Origin: an uncultured Actinomycetes bacterium
GTDB lineage: Bacteria > Actinomycetota > Acidimicrobiia > IMCC26256 > DASPTH01
Direction: 5' to 3'
Length of the DNA: 64,000 nt
Assembly (NCBI GenBank): GCA_963809795.1
Contig: CAWELN010000005.1
Location: forward strand, 23,772-87,771
The notes under the pieces were generated by a model. It made no database searches. It was given only the letters and a program-made list of their open reading frames with translations, and had not been told where the DNA came from. Below, in pieces: positions 1 through 9,197 of the stretch (positions are counted from its first letter, which is position 1; each line of letters opens with the position of its first letter). The translations under genes and the position numbers were made by a program.

Positions 1-77
1 GCCTCACGGACGCATTTGGCACTGGAAGCACGACGGCCTCGTCGTCGAAGACACCTAGAGGAGAGCGCGAGCGGGAC

Positions 78-134
78 GCGCCAGAACTGGCGATCGGCGG
101 TCGCGTAAGCACGCCGGTTCGGGCAATCTGGCGC
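78..134. repeat. Family-3 imperfect palindromic intergenic element
   Basis: Arms GCGCCAGAACTGGCGATCGGCG and CGCCGGTTCGGGCAATCTGGCGC are approximate reverse complements around a ~12-nt loop. The same cores recur at 566, 7244, 9051 and 10451. Confidence 0.6.
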
Positions 135-237
135 TGCTGAGACTGACCTGCGGCCGAGTTAGCTGGTGACCGAAGACTCCGTGCGTTCCAGCATCAGGGT
201 TTCCTTCCTTCGGTCGCTCGTCTCTGGACCGATCGCA

Positions 238-468
238 TCAGCGCGTGTAGGAGGAGCCTTCTGCGGTGACCAGCCATTCGAGCGCGAGCTCGGCGACCTC
301 CCGAGTGTCGAACTCGGCGAGGATCACCTCGCCCTCGTACGCGATCGAACCGCGGATCGCCCACGTCCGCTGATCGATCGGCACAAGACTGCACCACGCC
401 TCGCGGCGCTCCGCGAGCAGCTCCTGCAGGATAAGCACGGCCGATGCCGGAAGCTCGGGGAGCGTCAC
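238..468 (-). CDS. Small hypothetical protein (76 aa)
   Basis: GTG start at 468, 6 nt after an AAGGGAG Shine-Dalgarno. The protein-like tail reads ...AVLILQELLAERREAWCSLVPIDQRTWAIRGSIAYEGEVILAEFDTREVAELALEWLV. No family recognised. Confidence 0.35.
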   Translation of the reverse strand: MTLPELPASAVLILQELLAERREAWCSLVPIDQRTWAIRGSIAYEGEVILAEFDTREVAELALEWLVTAEGSSYTR

Positions 469-565
469 AGCGGTCTCCCTTCTTCTCCATGGCGGTTTGC
501 CGACGATCCGCGGGCGGGACAAGTCTTGCAAACAACGCCTCGTGACGCGTCGAGACCGGGCGAGC

Positions 566-622
566 GCGCCGGATCTGCCGTTCGGCGTTCGCGTAGGCAC
601 GCCGGATCGGGCAATCTGGCGC
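566..622. repeat. Family-3 imperfect palindromic intergenic element
   Basis: GCGCCGGATCTGCCGTTCGGCG ... CGCCGGATCGGGCAATCTGGCGC. Near-identical right arm to the copy at 78..134. Confidence 0.6.
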
Positions 623-654
623 GTCCGCGGCGCGTTCGCGTCGCCCCTCTGAAC

Positions 655-745
655 GAGCGCCGAAGTGCCGATCTGTCGCGGCGGGTGAGCCGTCAATTGC
701 CGCGATCTTGGCCGCGCGTTCTGGCGCGTCCCTGACCGGCACTTC
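655..745. repeat. Dispersed ~85-nt intergenic repeat (family-3 variant)
   Basis: By-eye alignment gives about 75-80% identity to 3566..3655 (GTGCCG..GTCGCGGCG.GTGAGCCGTC...CGCGATCTTGG..GCGC.GTTC.GGCGCGTC). Confidence 0.55.
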
Positions 746-858
746 TGGGGCTACCCCAGCAAGTCCGATCTCGCGGTCTTACGAGTCGCGCGGCGCCGTA
801 GCGAGTGCCGTCTGACCCACCTGCTCAAGGTCGCCACGCCCGACGGAGGACCTGCGGC

Positions 859-1869
859 TCATGTCAGCGCGGGTTCGAGGTAGCCGCCGTCGGTCTCGAG
901 CAAGCCGGTGAGCAGCCGGTCCGGGCGCCAATCTTCGAACCGGTCCTCGGTCCGGTCGCGGCCGAGCCAGATCTCGAGATCGCGGAGCTGGTCGAGCACC
1001 GCGGCGCCCAGGAGCAGCGCGCGACCGTGGACTGGATCCCGTTCACGAGCTGCGATGGCGAACGCGGCCGCGCCGGCGTCGTTGTCGGACCGCTGCCCAT
1101 CCTCGGATACGAGGGCCTCGCACACCAACCGGCACAGGTCGATCTCCACCGGGCCCAGCACGGCGAACTCGAAGTCGAGGAGGGCGACCACCTCGCCGTC
1201 CCACAGCGCGTTCATCAGCGCGAGGTCGCCGTGGTTGACGACCTGCTCGACGACGGGCGCGGCTCGGTAGTAGTCGCCGATGATCTCGTGGAACCGCGAC
1301 CGCTGCACATCCGGCAGACCCAACGCAGCACTGACGCGATCGGCTGCGGCCGTCGCGTCGTCAGCTGTTGCCGGTATGAAGCCCGCGTGCGATCCGACGA
1401 GCAGACGGAGCGAGGGCGTGGCGTCGTGCACGAGCCGCACGCGCGCCCACAGCTGGCGGATCGCTCGACGCCGCTCCTCGGGTGTCAGCGTGGGCCACGC
1501 CTCGTGCAGGTTCTGGCCTCGAACCTCCTCGGTCACGATCCAGTCATGACCCTCGATCGTGCCCACCCCGAGGATCTTCGGGTGTCCGACCTCGGGCGGC
1601 AGCGCGCGCACGAGCGCGACCTCGGCGGCCATGCCGTCGACGACCGACGTGTTCGCGATCCGCACGGCGAGGCCACTACCGACCCAGGTCGCGTTCGAGA
1701 TCCCGAGAGCCCGCCGCATCCCGCGGAGATCACCGCCGTGCTGGGCGACGACTTGGGCAGCCAGAGACCGGACGACGGCAGCCTCCGTCGGGTCGCCGTG
1801 CTGGTCGAGCCAGTGCGTATCCGCCTCGGGCTCCTTCATCGCTGGGGCGACCAGTTGTGAATACCCCAA
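859..1869 (-). CDS. Aminoglycoside/choline-kinase-like phosphotransferase (APH family)
   Basis: 336-aa ORF with the Brenner/APH catalytic region VVNHGDLALMNALWDGEVVALLDFEFA. The start could instead be the ATG at 1839. Confidence 0.8.
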   Translation of the reverse strand: MGYSQLVAPAMKEPEADTHWLDQHGDPTEAAVVRSLAAQVVAQHGGDLRGMRRALGISNATWVGSGLAVRIANTSVVDGMAAEVALVRALPPEVGHPKILGVGTIEGHDWIVTEEVRGQNLHEAWPTLTPEERRRAIRQLWARVRLVHDATPSLRLLVGSHAGFIPATADDATAAADRVSAALGLPDVQRSRFHEIIGDYYRAAPVVEQVVNHGDLALMNALWDGEVVALLDFEFAVLGPVEIDLCRLVCEALVSEDGQRSDNDAGAAAFAIAARERDPVHGRALLLGAAVLDQLRDLEIWLGRDRTEDRFEDWRPDRLLTGLLETDGGYLEPALT

Positions 1870-2722
1870 GCCTCAGCTGCTGCTGTGCCCATGTCCGGTA
1901 GCGGAGTGTCTAAGAACGCCACGGTCTCCGACGTTACGGCGCCATGCCGGCGGTCCTCTGATGACGGGTGCAGTTTCCCGGCGCCACTCCTGTGGTTGGG
2001 TGACCCTGATCGCCGGCTCCAGGACCGTCGATCTCTATGCGCGTTCCGCGCGTCGACGATCGTCGGCAGCCATGCGGGGACTGCTGCACGTTCGGTTGAC
2101 GGCGGTTGTGAGTGATCATGCTGCCAGCTCGGCGTCAGCTCTGAGCAAGGACGAGGACACCCGCAACAAACGCAATGCTCCAACGATCCAAAACGCCCAG
2201 CTGGCGGTTGTGGCCGTCATCACGGTCTCGCTGCCGACCATCTTCTGATCGCGCGCCACGTAACTGAGGGCGATGAGCCCCATGCCGGTACCTGCGACGG
2301 CTGGACCCACCGTCCATCGATGGCTGGGCTTCTCGAATCACCCGGCCCAGCGCTGCAATCCAGCCCGCACTTGCACTTGCCGACCTCCCGACCATCCCCC
2401 GGCGGCGACGCCCGGAGCATTGTCGGTCCGGTGCTGGCGGCCTGTGGTTACGCGAGCATTCACCTTCACCGCCGCGCCGTCGCGCGCGATGTGCCCGCCC
2501 GGCCACGGAGTTCATCGCATCAGAACGACGCCCTCAAGTGCCACCGATCGCCGGAAGTGGGTTCTGAAAGTCGGGCCTGTGCGTCGACTGCTGCGTGGGT
2601 CGGCCTCGTGGTGTGGGTGCAAGAATGGTGGGTGCGAGCGACTGGCGGACCAGAGGTGGGTTGAACCATCGGGGAGCGTCACTGCAGGGCCGACCGCCTG
2701 GGTCCCGTAGGTGGGAGCCTCC

Positions 2723-3487
2723 ATGTCCGTCTTCAGCAGTGTTGACGCGAGCGACAACCCCGAGGCTGCGGTCGACTATCTCGACAGGATCGCAGGTGCG
2801 CAGCGAGGGATGAAGCACTATGCGGCGGCTGCCCACGCGGGTCGTCGTCCTCAGGGCTTCGTCCTCGATGTGGGTTGCGGTGCGGGCCACGACATGATCC
2901 TGTTGCAGAAGGCGGGGCTGCGCACCGTCGGGATCGATCCGAGCTTGACGATGGTGCACGCGGCCGCGCGACGCGGCACCTCGCCACTGATCCAAGCTGC
3001 AGGAGAGCAGCTCCCGTTCCGGGCGCGTTCGCTCGCGGGCTGTCGGATCGAGCGGGTGCTCATTCACGTCGAGGATCCGGTCGCGCTGCTCAGCGAAGTG
3101 GCGGGTTGCCTGACGCGAGGCGCCTTGTTGACGGTGTTCGAGCCGGACTGGAGCCGCTACCTCGTGCGTGACGATGGGGAGATGGCCCCCGCGGCGTGGC
3201 TTGCGCCGGTGAGGCACGCGGATGCGGGAAGCCAGCTGTGGGGTTGGGTGGAAGCAGCGGGCTTCGTCGTGCTCGACCGAGTCGAAGAACTCTCGGTATG
3301 GCGAAGCTTCAACACGCTTCGCAGTGTCATCGACCTTGACGGAGCGATCGCGCGAGGCGTCGCCGACGGTCGCGTCGATGATGCTGCTGCCAGCGCGTGG
3401 CACGCTCGACAGGCTGCGAACCACGCCAACGGTGAGTTCTTGTCGCTCATGCCGAAGGTGCAGATCGTGGCCGAACGCTCCGAGTAG
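2723..3487 (+). CDS. Class I SAM-dependent methyltransferase
   Basis: Motif I is VLDVGCGAGHD. The ATG at 2723 follows a GGGAG Shine-Dalgarno. High GC3 throughout. Confidence 0.85.
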   Translation: MSVFSSVDASDNPEAAVDYLDRIAGAQRGMKHYAAAAHAGRRPQGFVLDVGCGAGHDMILLQKAGLRTVGIDPSLTMVHAAARRGTSPLIQAAGEQLPFRARSLAGCRIERVLIHVEDPVALLSEVAGCLTRGALLTVFEPDWSRYLVRDDGEMAPAAWLAPVRHADAGSQLWGWVEAAGFVVLDRVEELSVWRSFNTLRSVIDLDGAIARGVADGRVDDAAASAWHARQAANHANGEFLSLMPKVQIVAERSE

Positions 3488-3565
3488 TACCGGGGTCGGC
3501 CGTCATCTGCGGGGTGTCCCACATCTCCGACTGCACTAACTCTCGTTGCCCTCGAAGTTGCAGAC

Positions 3566-3655
3566 CGAGCACCGAGTGCCGGCCGGTCGCGGCGAGTGAG
3601 CCGTCCACTACGCGATCTTGGGGCGCCCGTTCGGCGCGTCTCCGATCGGCGCTGC
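3566..3655. repeat. Dispersed ~85-nt intergenic repeat (family-3 variant)
   Basis: Aligns with 655..745. It ends in TCGGCGCTGCTGAGC, like the copy at 78..140 (CTGGCGCTGCTGAGAC). Confidence 0.55.
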
Positions 3656-3799
3656 TGAGCGAAGATGGTGAGTGTGGTCACACTGTGCGGCAATGGAACG
3701 GCGCGGGCGCATGAGTGAGGTGCAGCCGGTGAACGAGGCCGCGGCGCGACGCCGTCTCGCCCGCTTGACCGTTCTCGCCGGTCTGGTCAGGCTGGGCCG

Positions 3800-4495
3800 A
3801 TGGCCGGTGCGTTCCCGCTCACGCTCGCGGTGCGCGAGAACGCGGCGTGGTGCGACCTGGTCTGCCGGCTCCACCGCTTCACGCCGGAGGGAGACGGGCG
3901 CCTGTGGTGGTCGGCCCGGCGTACCCCCGACCTCTTTCCCGATGCTGTCACCCTTGTCCCCGACCTCTCCGTGCTCGACGTGCTCGGCCGCATCAACGAC
4001 TCGTTTGGCGCGTCGGTCAAGGACTCCTTTGCGACGCTCGACCTCACGGACCAGGGGTGGACTGTGCTCTTCGACGCGACGTGGGTCGCGCGTCCACCCA
4101 GGTCGGGCGCGGACGACGAGGTCGCGTCCACATTCGCCATCGTGCGCGAGAGGTTCTCGTTCGCGGCCTGGTGTCGTGCCTGGGGCGGCCCGGCGGAGGT
4201 ACTGCCAATCGGATTGCGACGCGTGCCCGGAGTCACCGTGCTTGGCCGCGAAGGCGATGCTGGGTTCGCCGACGGGGCGATCGCGCACTGCACAGAGATC
4301 GGCGGCACTGCCGTCGCCGGCCTGTGGAACGCCTTCGGCGCGTGGGCCGACATCGCCGACGCGGTCTCCCACCGCCACCCCGAGGCCTGGATCGTGGGTT
4401 ACGAGCGCGGCGCCGGTCTGGACGCCGCGCTCGCTGCCGGCTTCACGGCGATGGGACCGCTGCGCGTCTGGAATCGGAACCACGCGCGCCCCTAA
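3800..4495 (+). CDS. Hypothetical protein (231 aa)
   Basis: Long ORF with non-repetitive, protein-like composition and high GC3. No motif recognised. Confidence 0.5.
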   Translation: MAGAFPLTLAVRENAAWCDLVCRLHRFTPEGDGRLWWSARRTPDLFPDAVTLVPDLSVLDVLGRINDSFGASVKDSFATLDLTDQGWTVLFDATWVARPPRSGADDEVASTFAIVRERFSFAAWCRAWGGPAEVLPIGLRRVPGVTVLGREGDAGFADGAIAHCTEIGGTAVAGLWNAFGAWADIADAVSHRHPEAWIVGYERGAGLDAALAAGFTAMGPLRVWNRNHARP

Positions 4496-4788
4496 CCATC
4501 CGCGCGTCACAAACTGCCGACCTCTTTGACCGCCTGTTCCATCGCGGCCGGGTGACGGATAACGCGACCGAGTTCCTCGTCGCCCTCAAGGAGAATCGAC
4601 GACGCGTCGCGATGCCATCCGAAGAGTGAGTCAACACTGCGATCGCACAGACGGCTCGACGACGTGCCCCAGACCGCCGGGTTGAGGATCCGGCGATATG
4701 GGGGCGCGAGAGCTTCGCTCGTTCGGTGTGCGTCCCACCAGCGAGAGCGACCGAGGCGTGCTCGCGACACGACGTTTCGCCGCGCTGG

Positions 4789-5730
4789 TCAACTTGTTGG
4801 TTGAGCCGTCCAGCGCGTGCACGTAATGGTTCCTGCGTCGGCGTCGAGGTCGGCGAGCGCTCCGATCGGGAGCGATACTTGGTCCGGGCTGCCGTCGGGC
4901 AGCTCGATGTCGTGTCCGGCGGGAATCCCCCCGAGGATCGGCACGGCCAGGTTGCCGAGTCGATCTTCGAGGACGTCGATGATCGTCCAGCCGCGGTCCT
5001 CGACGTCGCGGAAGCCCTCGAACGATCCGAGGACGATGCCCGCGATGCCGTCGAGGGACCCGGAGACGATGAGCTGGGTCAGCAGACGATCGACGAACCC
5101 GAGGCCCTTGTGCCGCAGGTCTTCGAAGAACACGATCGCGCCGGCGAGGCTCGGGAGGCGCGTCCCCACGGAGGTCGCCATCGCCGTGAGGTTGCCGCCG
5201 ACGAGTCGGCCCGAAGCGCGCCCCGGAACACTGATCGCAGCGGAGAACGCCGTCTCGTCGCGCTGCACGGTCAGCGGATCCGGGGTCATGAGCAGCTGCT
5301 GGACCGTCGCCGATGCCGTCGGTCCCGCGAGCGCGCCATGGATCGAGCCGAGCCCGCACCCCTGCCACAAGGCGAGGTGGATGTGCGTGGTGTCGCTGAA
5401 GCCGACCACCAGCTTCGGATCAGCTCGCACGAGGTCGAAGTCGATGAAGTCGGCGATCCGGTACGCGCCGGCTCCTCCACGGGTGGTGATGATCGCCCGC
5501 ACCTCGGGATCGGCGAAGGCACCGTTGAGGTCGGCAAGTCGGTCCTCGTCACGACCGGCGCAGTAGCCGTGCCGGTCGAGAGCATGTGGCGCCAGGTCGA
5601 CGCGCAGGCCCCAGGTCTCCAAGATGCCGATGGACGTCTGCACCCACTCCTCGCTGGGCCAACTCGCGGGTGAGACGAGGCGCACCAAGTCTCCCGGCTG
5701 CACCAAGCCAGGAACAAGAACGTCAGACAC
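4789..5730 (-). CDS. LD-carboxypeptidase (peptidase S66, MccF/LdcA-like)
   Basis: N-terminal LVSPASW...GYCAGRDEDRLADLNGAFADPEVRAIITTRGGAGAYRI is typical of the S66 family. Confidence 0.85.
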   Translation of the reverse strand: MSDVLVPGLVQPGDLVRLVSPASWPSEEWVQTSIGILETWGLRVDLAPHALDRHGYCAGRDEDRLADLNGAFADPEVRAIITTRGGAGAYRIADFIDFDLVRADPKLVVGFSDTTHIHLALWQGCGLGSIHGALAGPTASATVQQLLMTPDPLTVQRDETAFSAAISVPGRASGRLVGGNLTAMATSVGTRLPSLAGAIVFFEDLRHKGLGFVDRLLTQLIVSGSLDGIAGIVLGSFEGFRDVEDRGWTIIDVLEDRLGNLAVPILGGIPAGHDIELPDGSPDQVSLPIGALADLDADAGTITCTRWTAQPTS

Positions 5731-5836
5731 CCCTGCACACTCGCACTCTCAAGCGGAACCGCAGCGGATCCACCACGATCGCTCCCGCCGGCAAAGCTTC
5801 TTATCTCGGCCGCGGAATCCCTGCCCCGATCGCCGG

Positions 5837-6373
5837 CTAGCTGTAGTCACCGTCCGGGACCGTTGGGTAGTGCACCCAGGCGACCTGGTAGTCGGGTTCG
5901 GACAGCGCGTCGAGAGTGACCACTACGACCACAGGGGCGGGGCACACGGCCCAGGCGGGGTGACGGGCGCTGGAGCGTCTCCAACCTTCTGCGACCAGTA
6001 TCCCGAGCCGGGCGCCGCTTCTGGGGACGTAGTTTGCCGCGAGCTTGGCGATGTGGTGGTCGTCGGCTCGACCTCGCTGGGCTTCGATCACGGCGAACAG
6101 CCGGTCGCGCGGATCGTTGATGCCGACGTCGGGGAACTTGCCCGCAACGTGGAGCTGGTGAATGGCGCAGTGGCTTGGTCGAGGTTGGGCAACGCCGAAC
6201 TCGTCGCCTGTCGTCTCCGCAACGAGGGTGCCGAGGATTTCGTCCAGCGTCGCTGAAGTGTGCTCGGGAAGGTGCGCTCGACGTACGGCCTCGAGCAAGG
6301 CTCGCGCCCCTACGTTCGTGGCGAGGTGCTCAGTCCAGGCCCGTTCGGTGCTATCGCGACGCACGAAGGACAT
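5837..6373 (-). CDS. Hypothetical protein, possible PD-(D/E)XK-like fold
   Basis: ATG at 6373 (MSFVRRDS...). The segment DVGINDPRDRLFAVIEAQRGRADDHHIAKL resembles a D...ExQ/K nuclease core, but weakly. Confidence 0.45.
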   Translation of the reverse strand: MSFVRRDSTERAWTEHLATNVGARALLEAVRRAHLPEHTSATLDEILGTLVAETTGDEFGVAQPRPSHCAIHQLHVAGKFPDVGINDPRDRLFAVIEAQRGRADDHHIAKLAANYVPRSGARLGILVAEGWRRSSARHPAWAVCPAPVVVVVTLDALSEPDYQVAWVHYPTVPDGDYS

Positions 6374-6639
6374 GCTGCACACTGAGACACTGTAGACCGA
6401 ACACACGTTCGTCGAGAGTTCGGAACCACGCGGTGGAACGTGTCCCAGAACGCCGGGTCGGGGCGTACAGATTGCCGGTCGAATGGCGCAGGAGAACGTC
6501 TGAGAGTGCGCACCGATCCGGCGCTCTGTCGCGTCCACCGGCCAACCGGGCACGGATGGCGGCCGCGCCATAGCTGCCTGATTGAGTTCGTGGAGGCGTT
6601 GCGGGTGATTCTCAGGGGTCGGCTCATAGCGTCCCCGTA

Positions 6640-7188
6640 ATGCAGCGTTCGCTCGTAGCCGGGCTCATCCTGGCCGTACTCGTGGTGGCGGGCGCCGGAG
6701 TTGCAGCCTTCGTCGTGCTTCGGGACAGTCCACGAGCTGGACAGCCATGCACTGTGACTGTCGATGCCCACTCCTGGGGCCTCGACCGAGAACAGGTTAC
6801 CAACGCGCAGACCATCAGTCAGACGGCGACCAATCTTGGCCTCCCGCACCATGCAGTGACTGTGGCGCTCGCTGCCGCTTTCCAAGAGTCGACGCTGCAC
6901 AACCTTACGCACGGCGACCGTGATTCGGTCGGGTTGTTCCAGCAACGACCTTCGCAGGGGTGGGGTACACCGGCGCAACTGCTCGACACGTCGTACGCGT
7001 CAGAGGCGTTCTTGCGTGCCTTGTCGAAGGTTCCGGGTTGGGATGTCATGCCGGTAGCGGAGGCTGCGCAGAGTGTGCAGCACAGTGCCGCACCGGGTGC
7101 CTACGCGAACTGGGAACCCGAGGCACGCTCACTGGCACGTGCCGTAACGGGCGAAGTATCGGGCGCTCTGAAGTGTCGCCCCGGATGA
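6640..7188 (+). CDS. Membrane-anchored/secreted protein with transglycosylase-like conserved core
   Basis: N-terminal TM/signal LVAGLILAVLVVAGAGVAAFVVL. Conserved actinobacterial block ESTLHNLTHGDRDSVGLFQQRPSQGWGT. Confidence 0.7.
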   Translation: MQRSLVAGLILAVLVVAGAGVAAFVVLRDSPRAGQPCTVTVDAHSWGLDREQVTNAQTISQTATNLGLPHHAVTVALAAAFQESTLHNLTHGDRDSVGLFQQRPSQGWGTPAQLLDTSYASEAFLRALSKVPGWDVMPVAEAAQSVQHSAAPGAYANWEPEARSLARAVTGEVSGALKCRPG

Positions 7189-7243
7189 TCTACACCAGGC
7201 GAGCCGAACCGCGCCGACCCACACTCCCAACGAGCGCCATATT

Positions 7244-7292
7244 TGCCGATCGGCATTCGCTGAGCAGCGCCGGAGGCGGGCATTCTAAGCGC
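7244..7292. repeat. Family-3 palindromic element
   Basis: GCGCCATATTTGCCGATCGGCA ... GGCGGGCATTCTAAGCGC. Lies 56 nt downstream of the stop at 7188. Confidence 0.5.
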
Positions 7293-7391
7293 ACCCGCGG
7301 GTGACGCGATGAACGTCGATTGCGTTCGCTAACCAGCACCGAGCCACACGGCAGTGGCGAGTGCCCTGCCCCGACGAAGGGAGCGACGGAG

Positions 7392-7523
7392 ATGGGCGAG
7401 CTTCGGGCTGAGATCGAGATCGCCGCACCACCCGAACGGGTGTGGCGGGTGCTCAGCGATTTCGATGCCTATCCAGAGTGGAACCCGTTCATCCGTTCGT
7501 TCGTTGTAGCTGCCGATCGGTAA
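7392..7523 (+). pseudogene. 5' remnant of an SRPBCC (polyketide cyclase/START-like) gene
   Basis: MGELRAEIEIAAPPERVWRVLSDFDAYPEWNPFIRS is a typical SRPBCC N-terminus, but the ORF stops after 43 codons. No frame continues the domain before the next gene at 7629. Confidence 0.55.
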
Positions 7524-7628
7524 GGACGTCGTCGAAATCGTCGGCCGCTGGCTACGCGCTGGTGCAGCGGGCAGGATGGGCTTGTGGCGCCGCTTGGTGG
7601 GTGGCGTCGTCTGACGTGAGGAGGAACC

Positions 7629-8996
7629 GTGGCAGATCAGCCGGGCGTCGACCTGCCTGACGGGATGGTCGAGTGGATCGCTGAGGTTGGCGTGGGTCGT
7701 GTCACTCGTGTCGAACGTCATATCGCTCGGCGGGAGGCCTGGGTGGTCGATGTCGCACGCGCCGATGGGAGCGTGGGTGAGTATTTCTTGCGGCTCGACC
7801 GTGGATCGGCGCCGGCCGCAAGCCCATGGAGCGTGCACAAGGAGATGCGCGTGGTCGACACGCTCTTTCGCGCCGGGCTGCCGGTGCCTGAGGTACACGG
7901 TTGGAATGGCACGCTGCAGGCCGCGCTGTACGAGCGGGTGCGTGGGCGCGACGACCTCCCGGTCGACACGACTCCGGAGCAACGTCGCGCGGTGTGGGAC
8001 CAGTTCATAGGGTTCGTCGTTGATCTCCACGCGCTCGAGCCGCGCGAGCTGGATCTCGCGGACGTGCTCGCGTGGCCGGAGGACGCGCGGGCAGCTGCGC
8101 TGGACGAGGTCGAGAAGCTCGAGCAGCTGATGAGCGTCGACGTCGTGGAGCCGCTGGTCACGTTCGGGTCGCAGTGGCTCCGCCGGTACGCGCCGACTGA
8201 TTTGGACCGTGTCGTGCTCGTGCAGGGAGACACCGGGCCCGGCAACTTCCTGTTCGAGAATTCGCAGCTCACGGGGGTGATCGACTTCGAGTGGGCACAC
8301 TTCGGTGATCCCATGGAGGACTTCGGGAACATGGCGGTGCGGGAGTTCTTCTACCCGTCCGCCAATCTCGCCGAGGTGTTCCCGCTGTACGAGAAGCTGG
8401 GTGGCGACGCGATCGACTTCGACCGTGTGCGCTACTACCGGGTGCACCAGATGGTGCGTTCGGTGATCGCGCTGGTCCAGATGACCACCCTCAACGATCC
8501 GACGACGACCGTCGCGCTCAATCTCTGTTACCGCGTGATCTGTGACCGCGCGGCGTGTGAGGCGATCGCCGACGCGATGCACGTCGATCTCGAACGGCCG
8601 CCGCCGTTGGGCACGGCGGCGTCCAACGGCGGGTACACCATCGGTGAGGTTGTGCTCGACAACCTTCGGCGCGAGGTCTCCCCGTCGATCGATGACACCT
8701 GGGCGCGCCATCAACTCGAACATTCGGCCCTGCTCGTCGAGTGCATGGACCGCGTCGCCCGACTTGGCGCCACCGTGGACGCGATCGAGGTGGACGAACT
8801 CGCGGTGCTCCTGGGCGAGCGACCCGTGACCGCCGAAGCCGGTCTGGCGAGCCTCGACGCGGCGCTGCGGGAGTCGGACGGAGATCGCGACGACGACGTG
8901 CTGCGGTACCTCGCCCGGCGCGCCTATCGCGCCGAAGACCTCTACGCACCAGTGGTCGCACTCTTTCCTGCCCGTGAGTTCTCGCCCCTCATCTGA
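7629..8996 (+). CDS. Phosphotransferase family protein (APH/acyl-CoA-dehydrogenase-associated kinase type)
   Basis: The GTG start is preceded by GAGGAGG. Catalytic region VLVQGDTGPGNFLFENSQLTGVIDFEWAHFGDPMEDF. Confidence 0.85.
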   Translation: MADQPGVDLPDGMVEWIAEVGVGRVTRVERHIARREAWVVDVARADGSVGEYFLRLDRGSAPAASPWSVHKEMRVVDTLFRAGLPVPEVHGWNGTLQAALYERVRGRDDLPVDTTPEQRRAVWDQFIGFVVDLHALEPRELDLADVLAWPEDARAAALDEVEKLEQLMSVDVVEPLVTFGSQWLRRYAPTDLDRVVLVQGDTGPGNFLFENSQLTGVIDFEWAHFGDPMEDFGNMAVREFFYPSANLAEVFPLYEKLGGDAIDFDRVRYYRVHQMVRSVIALVQMTTLNDPTTTVALNLCYRVICDRAACEAIADAMHVDLERPPPLGTAASNGGYTIGEVVLDNLRREVSPSIDDTWARHQLEHSALLVECMDRVARLGATVDAIEVDELAVLLGERPVTAEAGLASLDAALRESDGDRDDDVLRYLARRAYRAEDLYAPVVALFPAREFSPLI

Positions 8997-9050
8997 CGAG
9001 ATCAGCGCCATCAAAACGACGGATTGTCGGGGGACACCGCGTCGCTCCGC

Positions 9051-9134
9051 GCGCCATATCTCTGCCGCTCCGCACGCGCCGAGACTCCGGCCGAACCCGG
9101 GCCGCGTATCTGCTCCCGAGCGGGCATTCGGTGC
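9051..9134. repeat. Family-3 palindromic element (long-loop copy)
   Basis: GCGCCATATCTCTGCCGCTCCGC ... CGAGCGGGCATTCGGTGC. Lies between the convergent stops at 8996 and 9198. Confidence 0.5.
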
Positions 9135-9197
9135 TACCTGGGCACTGTGCTTGCCGGGCCGCGAGCGTGGGCGTCGGTACTGCCGCGGGCGCGGTCA

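Noticed and set aside
166-742. Three overlapping 150-190-aa ORFs at the left edge
   Set aside because: Their composition is Arg-rich and repetitive, and the region is largely made of family-3 repeats. Only the 3' 231 nt of the 238..696 ORF looks protein-like, and it is reported with low confidence.
2116-2310. 64-aa ORF with a hydrophobic segment in the 1870..2710 gap
   Set aside because: No Shine-Dalgarno, mixed codon bias in its second half, and no recognisable family. That is insufficient support to call a gene.
7329-9014. Very long antisense or alternative-frame ORFs. Examples: 7329..9014(-), 13661..15421(-), 25664..27463(+), 30261..32285(+), 36122..38656(+), 40165..42534(-), 55434..58073(+), 52210..54600(+), 44250..45806 upstream part
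   Set aside because: Their products are Arg/Pro/Gly/Ala-rich with no recognisable motifs, and they overlap well-supported genes on the other strand or frame. These are typical shadow ORFs of high-GC DNA.
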